From positions 1,895 through 65,894 of the IMG/VR virus record IMGVR_UViG_3300025154_000086: a DNA stretch of 64,000 nucleotides, one strand, 5' to 3'. This document shows, in pieces, positions 57,278-64,000 of this stretch (its first letter is position 1; each line of letters opens with the position of its first letter). Position numbers and translations under genes: made by a program. The stretch is from a virus (Duplodnaviria > Caudoviricetes). A model generated the notes under the pieces. That model was not told the origin of the DNA. It did no database searches and worked only from the letters and a program-made list of their open reading frames with translations.

Positions 57278-58354
57278 TTATGGAAGTTTCCACAGCATCT
57301 CAATAAATTCGATCTGCTTCGCTACGGCGTAAGTATCGATGCTCGTTGCTTTGTTTTTCCGTTCAAACCTTTTCTTTGCAATCAAATCATTAATTACTTT
57401 CGTTCTCTCTTCTTGCGGTGAATCCTTAAACTGCTCCGCATAAAACTTCGCACGCTCATCTTTATCAACCATTCCGGGAGGGAAAAGTTTTTCGGCAGGG
57501 TTTTCAACCTTATTTTCCGCTTCCTTCGGCTTTTCTTCTATCACTTTTGCATCCTCAATCTTTTCCGCTTTTGGCTTTTCCTCAAACATTGGAGCCGGAG
57601 TAGTTTGTCTGAATTCATTTTTTGTCTGTTCAATCTGCTGCGGATCTGCATACAGCATACCGGCAAGACCTAACTTTGCTCGAAGGTATTCATTCTCCAG
57701 ATCAGGATGTTTTGCCAGAATGTCCGCAATATCCTCAATTACACAAGGCACAAGGAACGGTTTATTAAGTTCCGCTTCTGTGTAAGTACCGCGTAACTTC
57801 GGCAATGCCTTATTTATCGCTCTGTAAATGGCATTACTTTCGGCTAGCTGCCCCGCTTTTGCCCGGCGTTGGTTTATGCTATTCCAATCAATTTCACCGG
57901 CTTTGCGTTTTAATTTTCCCTTAGCATCAAATTTGTCACACTTCGCAGTGAATTTTTGAATATCCTCAGCATAATTGTATTCACCGCTTATTTCTCCTCG
58001 TTTTGTCGATCCGTCAATGTTCCGGTACGTCCACTGCACGTAATGTTTTACATTTGCAATCCTTCCGTCTCCATCATAAGTTTTTTCCGGGTTCCTTCCG
58101 CAAGAAATTTGAATACCGGCGGCTACTGCTATTTCGTTCAACTTTGTTAATTTAAGCGCGTACCCACCCTCAACCCAATATGCGTCTCTCTCTTTTATTA
58201 CGCTTATCTTTTCAAAACCAAGTTTCAATTCCGGCTTTACAAAATTCAACATCTCCGGCACCAAGGGTATCATCACTTTTTCCACTTCTCGCAAGAAAAC
58301 AGAAAGTTGGTTATTGTCCTGAATTACCGGTAAACTTTTATTAACGTCAGACAT
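57278..58354 (-). CDS. putative ssDNA annealing / recombination protein
   Basis: 358 aa; AES.A..RAI..AL motif; context with SbcCD. Confidence 0.45.
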   Translation of the reverse strand: MSDVNKSLPVIQDNNQLSVFLREVEKVMIPLVPEMLNFVKPELKLGFEKISVIKERDAYWVEGGYALKLTKLNEIAVAAGIQISCGRNPEKTYDGDGRIANVKHYVQWTYRNIDGSTKRGEISGEYNYAEDIQKFTAKCDKFDAKGKLKRKAGEIDWNSINQRRAKAGQLAESNAIYRAINKALPKLRGTYTEAELNKPFLVPCVIEDIADILAKHPDLENEYLRAKLGLAGMLYADPQQIEQTKNEFRQTTPAPMFEEKPKAEKIEDAKVIEEKPKEAENKVENPAEKLFPPGMVDKDERAKFYAEQFKDSPQEERTKVINDLIAKKRFERKNKATSIDTYAVAKQIEFIEMLWKLP

Positions 58355-58694
58355 GTTCTACCTCTGCGGTTATCGGCATACTCAATTCACTCATCATGTA
58401 TGCCTCGTTGTTTGATTGTGGATGATTTTTCTTCGTCTCTTCCTCTATCTCTTCTAAGCGGATTCCGTAAGATTCTCGATCTTCCTCACTTATATTTTCC
58501 CCTTTTAAATAGTTTGAAACTATCTCCCTATCAGCATTAAGTCTGCGGAGCCGTTTTAGCTTTGCCAATGCCTCCGTGCGTAATTTTTGGCACTCCAAGC
58601 AAGACGTACATTCCTTTACACCCGTTAATTTTGTGAACTCCTCACTGCCGCAAATCGGCTTATTGCTGCCATCATTTATGTGAACTTTTTCCAT
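58347..58694 (-). CDS. hypothetical protein with Cys/His motif
   Basis: 115 aa, strong RBS. Confidence 0.6.
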   Translation of the reverse strand: MEKVHINDGSNKPICGSEEFTKLTGVKECTSCLECQKLRTEALAKLKRLRRLNADREIVSNYLKGENISEEDRESYGIRLEEIEEETKKNHPQSNNEAYMMSELSMPITAEVEHV

Positions 58695-58760
58695 TTGTTT
58701 GAACTCCTTTGAATTTAAATTTCTCAGCCAATGGCTGATCCGCCCTCTGGCGGATACTTT

Positions 58761-59096
58761 TTACTTTTTACTTTCTACTTTGAACTTCCCCGCCATCGTT
58801 ATCCTTTTTACTCTTTCAATCAGATCATCATTTGCTCTCTTTTGTGCTTGATAACCTTCCGTTACTTTTGTTTTGTCTAACAATCCCAAAACTTCAAAAA
58901 CATTGTACATCGGCCGCTTGCTGCCCGGGTAATAACTCGGCTGAATAAGTTTAGGCACAAACTTTCGTCTAAAAACAGTGCTCTCTTTTAATCCAACAAT
59001 ATGTGCAGCTTCCAACTCGGAGACCGCAACGCGATTTCCGCCTTCCAACACCGTTGGCTTTTTCTTCCGTTTATCTTCCTTAACAACTTCCAACAT
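58761..59096 (-). CDS. excisionase/MerR-like HTH protein
   Basis: EAAHIVGLKESTVFR...R.MY...EV. Confidence 0.5.
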   Translation of the reverse strand: MLEVVKEDKRKKKPTVLEGGNRVAVSELEAAHIVGLKESTVFRRKFVPKLIQPSYYPGSKRPMYNVFEVLGLLDKTKVTEGYQAQKRANDDLIERVKRITMAGKFKVESKK

Positions 59097-59532
59097 GTAC
59101 CAATCCTTTTATATCATTTAGTAACGCTTCAATTAAAAAAGTTGATTTTATTTTATCGGTATAAGCTATCAGATCACCAATGCCCATTTTATTGCCGCTC
59201 TTATCGTAAGGATTAAACCAAGCCCTTAGCGCTTGTTCGCTTACGCATAACTTTCTTGCCAATTCTTCCCTAACTTCTTGCGCAGGTAAAAATGGATCGT
59301 TCTTTTCTACCCGTTTTTGAAAAGTTAATCCGTCAACCTCATCTTTTAGGTTCTTACAGAATCGCTGCAATACCATTTCAGATTTTGGTGTGTAACGTTC
59401 CCGTTTGTTCTCAACAAATATTCTGGTAAAACTATTTACCGGAACCCGTCCATGGGGTCTATCTTCCCTCGCTATTATAGCAAAGGAAATCCCGCGCGGG
59501 ATTGTGTCGAAGATTGATATTAGATTATTCAC
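59080..59532 (-). CDS. HTH protein, CII-like
   Basis: ELARKLCVSEQALRAWFN. Confidence 0.5.
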   Translation of the reverse strand: MNNLISIFDTIPRGISFAIIAREDRPHGRVPVNSFTRIFVENKRERYTPKSEMVLQRFCKNLKDEVDGLTFQKRVEKNDPFLPAQEVREELARKLCVSEQALRAWFNPYDKSGNKMGIGDLIAYTDKIKSTFLIEALLNDIKGLVHVGSC

Positions 59533-59734
59533 CTTGAACTCCTTTGAGATAAATTAAAAAACCCTTGCTTTAGCGTGTGCAAATAATCGAGTTCTTTGGT
59601 AAGAAATCCATTCACGTCCAAAACAAGGGTATTTATTTTCATTTGATTAAACTCTGATTATTTGCGTATGTAATCTATAAAAGTTAATTTATAAAAGCAA
59701 CTATACATTAACATTTTTATTTCCGGTCCTATTA

Positions 59735-60316
59735 TTATCTGTATATTATCGGTAATTTACCAATGTATTTATCTAGCTCTTCCTTGGTAGAACAGTTCAT
59801 AAACCCGTTGAACAGCTCATCTTTCTTTAATTTTTTATGGATGATCTCCCAGCTTCGGGCTTCGTGAAATTTGTAGCCCAACCCTTCATACCCTTGCGCG
59901 TTGGAGATTTTGTACGTTATCGCGATCGGTTCTTTCCCGGCTAAGGCATTGCTGTAAGGAATCGATTTCCCTATCTGCAATATCCCCGCATACTGCAATA
60001 GCCGCGTCATCTTGTTTGCTATCGGAGGAAGATTCCTGTTCCCTAACATTCGCATAGTTAAATATTTTTCGTCCGCGCTTCTTGCATGAATAAAGAACAC
60101 CTTCTCGCTTTGCGCGTTCAAATTGTTTTTTAACTTTTCAATTTCATTCTGCTGTGAGTTTATTGTATCGGCTGTTTTTGCTTTAAACTCCTCTACATCC
60201 GCAACTGTCCGCTTCATTAATTCCCCTTGCAAACTGAATGCTAAATCCTTTAGCACGTTCATCGGCAAATTCGCTACATCTAACGCTGGCATTAATGCCA
60301 TGTTATCACCGTTCAT
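59735..60316 (-). CDS. antirepressor-like or hypothetical protein
   Basis: coiled coil followed by a KilAC-like arrangement. Confidence 0.35.
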   Translation of the reverse strand: MNGDNMALMPALDVANLPMNVLKDLAFSLQGELMKRTVADVEEFKAKTADTINSQQNEIEKLKNNLNAQSEKVFFIHARSADEKYLTMRMLGNRNLPPIANKMTRLLQYAGILQIGKSIPYSNALAGKEPIAITYKISNAQGYEGLGYKFHEARSWEIIHKKLKKDELFNGFMNCSTKEELDKYIGKLPIIYR

Positions 60317-61341
60317 AACTCATCTTCCTCTATTTGAAATTTCTGTCTCATCGCATAACTCCAGTCACTTATAACTTGTAGGATATGCTTTACTTCGTCT
60401 TTTACTACTTTACTTGGTGATTCCGGCAAATACATTAACGTTGGTATCTGTAACATCTCATTCCCGATAAACCCCTTTGTTTTATCAATCCAACTGAAAA
60501 TTTTTCCCATCTCCTTATACTCTTGCACGGCTTTGCTCTGGCGCTCTTTCAGTTTTTCAACTTCTTTGTGGAGGGATTCAAGTTCATCTTTCTTTTCTTT
60601 TACTTCCCTTAACCCTTTAAGCTCTGTCTCAGCTTTTGTTAATTCGCCCTTTAACTTCCGCAATTCCTCTTGCTTTTGTTCAAGCGCTTTTGTGGCTTCT
60701 TTGTCATCCTTTTTCTTCATCAAATTTTGGATTGTTATGTCCTTACTCGATAGCTGTTCTTCTTTTTCCGCTAAACTTTCTTGCAGCTTTTTATAAGCGC
60801 CGTTTATGCTCAGTTGGTTTTCATCAAGCGCTTTTATCAACTCCGGATCAGCGTTCTCAATCACTTTTTTTGCTTTGCGATATGTTTCTTTACCACCTAA
60901 ACCAATAGCAGTTGCAACTTTGTCATTCGTTCTTCCTTCTTCGTCTTCTCGATGTACCAATGTTGGCACATCGGGAGAATTCTTCAAATTCGCATCTTTT
61001 CTTTCTCTTGCCTTTTCCCGTTCAACCGCTTCAAGCCTTCGCGCTAAATCCATTCTTTCGGTAAATGAGAAGTTCTTCCGGTTTTCGTTCTCGCTAATTT
61101 CTATCATCAGCCGGTGTTCGTAATCGCGTACTGTAAGCATCCTTACTTCCACTTGCATATATCCAAGCTGTTTCATTGCCATCATTCTTCTTTCGCCGGC
61201 AAGTAAAACCTTCTCCGGCGTAACAACCGGCGGATTGATCAAACCATTTACCAGGATATCCTCAGCTAATTCCGAAATATCCCCAAAATCTTTTCTTATT
61301 CTATCCTCGCGGATAATAACATCACCAATATTTACAAGCAT
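60313..61341 (-). CDS. ParB/Spo0J-like protein
   Basis: RIRKDFGDI.ELA..I...GLINP, LAGERR and ISENE.RK motifs; HTH; coiled coil. Confidence 0.85.
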   Translation of the reverse strand: MLVNIGDVIIREDRIRKDFGDISELAEDILVNGLINPPVVTPEKVLLAGERRMMAMKQLGYMQVEVRMLTVRDYEHRLMIEISENENRKNFSFTERMDLARRLEAVEREKARERKDANLKNSPDVPTLVHREDEEGRTNDKVATAIGLGGKETYRKAKKVIENADPELIKALDENQLSINGAYKKLQESLAEKEEQLSSKDITIQNLMKKKDDKEATKALEQKQEELRKLKGELTKAETELKGLREVKEKKDELESLHKEVEKLKERQSKAVQEYKEMGKIFSWIDKTKGFIGNEMLQIPTLMYLPESPSKVVKDEVKHILQVISDWSYAMRQKFQIEEDEL

Positions 61342-61362
61342 GTTTCTCTCTCAGTTTTTAGT

Positions 61363-61761
61363 TTAGTTCTTAATCATAATCTTATTCTTAATCGTACTCT
61401 TTGCGGTTTGGTAATTGCGATGGAACGTGTAAAAATTCTCCGGTCTAACCTTCGCCTCAACCACTCTAACAGCAATTAACGGCTCACCCAATAACATTAC
61501 AGCCTTTAACCTTCTTTCCCCCGCCAACAGCACGTATTGCCCTTTTCTTGATTCAATTACATGTATAGGGTTGTGTAACCCTTCACTTTTAATATTCTTT
61601 GCAAGCGCGGGAATATCTCCGTAATTTTTTCTTACCTTTTCAAGAACCACAATGTTACTTGCTACGATGTGTTGAACGATCTCCATGTGAACTCCTACTA
61701 CTAATTTGTTATTTGGTTCGCCTTTGGCGAATTGTCGTTTGTTTTTTGGTTCCCCCGGCAT
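61363..61761 (-). CDS. ParB N-terminal domain protein
   Basis: VRKNYGDIPALAKNIKSEGLHNPI, LLAGERRL. Confidence 0.8.
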   Translation of the reverse strand: MPGEPKNKRQFAKGEPNNKLVVGVHMEIVQHIVASNIVVLEKVRKNYGDIPALAKNIKSEGLHNPIHVIESRKGQYVLLAGERRLKAVMLLGEPLIAVRVVEAKVRPENFYTFHRNYQTAKSTIKNKIMIKN

Positions 61762-62157
61762 CTATTCCTTCTTGCAAACGGCCAGTGTCTAAAACACTTA
61801 TCCGCATCCGGTTTCCGTTCTATCACGTTTTGTTTGATCTTCTTTGTGCAACCCGGTTCCGTACATTGAACAGTAGAGAAAACTCTAAAATCTTGTTTGC
61901 TCATAAAACCTTCTCCCTTAAATAATTTACTCCTTGAATAATTCCAACAACAACAATGATAACGCAAAACAGCATACAGCAAGCAACTGCTATTCTTTCC
62001 GAAGTTGTACTTGGTCCTTTTCTGAATCGACAATCTTTAGCTTTGGCACAAACACGGCAGTCATAATGCATGGCAGCTTCATAACTCTCACATGCTTGCT
62101 CATCTTCAATCGGCTTATCTACTTCTAATTCGTAATTCCTAATTCCTATTTCTGTTC

Positions 62158-62427
62158 TCATGCTTTCACCTCATTCAAAAAGTATTCAGACTTCCCCCTC
62201 AGAATTCCTTCTTCAAAACTTTCTTTACCAATCTGTTGGTTTGCTTCTCTTAGGGCTTGATTTTCTTTGGTAAGTCTTGCACATTCTTCGCGCTCTACCG
62301 TTAAAGATTTTTTGGTTGCTTTCATGCGGTTTTCCGTAACAATAGTTATATAGGTAGCCGCAAAAAGATGAATAATAACTCCTACAACGAATGCATAATA
62401 AAGGATGGAAATTAGTTCGGCGTTCAT
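62158..62427 (-). CDS. TM plus coiled-coil protein
   Basis: 89 aa with RBS. Confidence 0.6.
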   Translation of the reverse strand: MNAELISILYYAFVVGVIIHLFAATYITIVTENRMKATKKSLTVEREECARLTKENQALREANQQIGKESFEEGILRGKSEYFLNEVKA

Positions 62428-62554
62428 GTTATTTTCCTTTGAATTTATTTTCTAATTCCTAATTTTTAATTCCTAATTAACTGAACCGCTCGAACGTTGC
62501 TCGAACAATACCCGAACGATAACATTAGGAATCTTTTATATATTAAGTTACGTT

Positions 62555-62848
62555 TCATGTAGTTCTTTGAAATTGTTTTGCGTATGAGAGAGCTTCTTCG
62601 GGAGAGATTTCGTAAGCCTCAACAAAACTTTTGATCCTTGCCATCAGTTTCATGTTCCGCCCGGCAAAAGCCATGTTGATGTTGTTCTTTGAAACAAAAA
62701 GCATATCGGCAAGATAAATCTGAACCCCGTCCTTAACGTTTTGCAATAAATTGTAGGCTCTGGCTTTTATCTCTTCCCGCTCCTGCAAAGAAAATATAGT
62801 TTGCGGTTTGCGGTAGTCTTTTTTATTTTGTGTCTGTTCTAAATTCAT
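62555..62848 (-). CDS. Cro-like HTH protein
   Basis: QIYLADMLFVSKNNINMAFAG; in the leftward early operon. Confidence 0.5.
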   Translation of the reverse strand: MNLEQTQNKKDYRKPQTIFSLQEREEIKARAYNLLQNVKDGVQIYLADMLFVSKNNINMAFAGRNMKLMARIKSFVEAYEISPEEALSYAKQFQRTT

Positions 62849-62894
62849 TTTTAACTCTGTTTAATTGTTGTCTTATAAATTCAAAGGAAACTGT

Positions 62895-63116
62895 ATGTCT
62901 GATTTCAAACCTGGAGAAATTGTATATCTCGTTGTGGGTAGCCCGGCGATGGTAGTTAAAGAATTCGCTGATATTGACGGTGACCCAAACGAATGTATTG
63001 TGTTATGCCATTGGTTCGAGGGAATTAAATTATTCGAACAAGAATTCGGTGCCGAAGAATTAACTCGTAAAAACCCTAACATTATTCCGCCTCACACGGT
63101 TTTTGTTCAACGATAA
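62895..63116 (+). CDS. YodC/DUF2158 family protein
   Basis: FKPGEIVYL..GSP.MVV...C.WF.G; AAAGGA RBS before ATG 62895. Confidence 0.75.
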   Translation: MSDFKPGEIVYLVVGSPAMVVKEFADIDGDPNECIVLCHWFEGIKLFEQEFGAEELTRKNPNIIPPHTVFVQR

Positions 63117-63288
63117 CAAGGTGTAACTGATCTTCATCAAATGGCTCCCGGTGGAATTGGTTTTGTCCATCAAACCAATCACAAGTTACCTGGTTCTCTT
63201 TGTTGTATCCTCTTACACACATTTTAGTTCCGTTTGGTGTAGATGTAACAACATCACCGGTTTTGAATTTTCGTTCTTGTGTTTTCAT
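63082..63288 (-). CDS. YodC/DUF2158 family protein
   Basis: FKTGDVV....G.KMCV...VTC.WFDG...F....L. Confidence 0.75.
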   Translation of the reverse strand: MKTQERKFKTGDVVTSTPNGTKMCVRGYNKENQVTCDWFDGQNQFHREPFDEDQLHLVIVEQKPCEAE

Positions 63289-63465
63289 TTGTTCATCCGT
63301 GTTATTTTGTTCTTACTGTTAATGGCAGATTAAGTTTTGTAGCATTAAAATGATGTTTCTTAAAAAATGCTTGTAAACCTTTCCGCGGTTGTTTTTGTGT
63401 TTGGTCTGCTGTTTTCATTTTGTGCTCCTTTGCTTTGTTTTTTATTTCATTTTAAGTGCGTTGTA

Positions 63466-63494
63466 AAGATAAATGATTATAAAGTCATTGTCAA
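63466..63494 (-). promoter_or_regulatory. lytic early promoter TTGACA-N17-TATCTT with an inverted repeat in the spacer
   Basis: AATGA...TCATT at 63472-63489; divergent from the repressor gene. Confidence 0.7.
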
Positions 63495-63540
63495 GTATTT
63501 TTTTATATTTATTTAACTTTTGTTTATTTGTTTGGTTTCT

Positions 63541-63984
63541 ATGCTAAAAAGAAAAGAATTAATTAGAAAATTATTAAAGAATTCCGGTATCAAGGATGTT
63601 CAAATAGCAAAAATGCTTGATATGACCGCCGCAAATTTTAGCTATCATATGGCAAAAGAGGACATTGACCTTGATTTATTCAACCAAATATTAAAAACCC
63701 TTGAAGAAAAAAAGGGAATTAAAATAAATACCCCAACCTCCCAAAGTTATACCGTCCACGATGAAAGTTTCCATAAAAAAGCTGAGGGAGAAGGGATGCA
63801 CGGAAACTTTATTGGTGAACCGAAGGAAATAAACTACAACGGTATTACCAGCGCAACTTTAGAAAGGGTAATCAAACCTTACGAGGATCTGATTGAGATG
63901 CTTAAACTACAACTCGCAGAAAAAGAAAAACGGATAAGAGAATTGGAAGAACAATTAACAAACAAAAAAAGAGGTGTACCATGA
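63541..63984 (+). CDS. CI-like HTH repressor
   Basis: GIKDVQIAKMLDMTAANFSYHM; divergent orientation; C-terminal coiled coil, no S24 peptidase motif. Confidence 0.7.
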   Translation: MLKRKELIRKLLKNSGIKDVQIAKMLDMTAANFSYHMAKEDIDLDLFNQILKTLEEKKGIKINTPTSQSYTVHDESFHKKAEGEGMHGNFIGEPKEINYNGITSATLERVIKPYEDLIEMLKLQLAEKEKRIRELEEQLTNKKRGVP

Positions 63985-64000
63985 GAGTGGCAATAATTTT

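Noticed and set aside
60313-61761. Plasmid-prophage ParABS partition system
   Set aside because: No ParA ATPase or parS array is visible; such ParB-like genes are common in phage early regions.
271-62128. Numerous + strand ORFs in the track
   Set aside because: Antisense shadows of minus-strand genes, rich in F/S/L, with no RBS or motifs.
1-64000. tRNA/rRNA genes, integrase, tail sheath or tape measure, endolysin
   Set aside because: None recognisable here; they probably lie outside the window.

Overview
This 64 kb AT-rich window is part of a large tailed phage or prophage. Almost every gene is on the minus strand; the exceptions are a CI-like repressor at the right end and one YodC gene. 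In transcription order (right to left) the modules are: genetic switch (63.3-64 kb); early genes (two ParB-like proteins, Xis-like HTH, putative annealase, SbcD, SF2 helicase, SbcC, DUF5131, DUF4373 replication initiator, SSB); terminase subunits; DNA methyltransferases and small ORFs; portal and MuF; three giant polyvalent proteins (ddrB-ParB/zincin, PPase/MTase/SNF2 DarB-like, zeta-kinase); prohead protease/scaffold; an A511/K-like major capsid protein; neck proteins. TAnnTTTG promoters used alongside real Shine-Dalgarno sites and heptamer repeats suggest an FCB-group host such as Ignavibacteria (inference). The main discovery is an integron-like gene-cassette array at 53.55-55.1 kb. Its attC-like hairpins covary, place the extrahelical bases canonically, but have a 9-nt L'-R' spacer. 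Cassette genes run opposite to the canonical integron direction, and each hairpin loop supplies a start codon that is fused or coupled to the next gene. No integrase is in the window. Other highlights are a K|S/A maturation motif shared by capsid, scaffold and the giant proteins; a nested out-of-frame methylase subunit with repeated TRD-like units; two switch-like RNA leaders; and a candidate anti-SD sRNA. All family calls come from motif recognition by eye; no searches were run.
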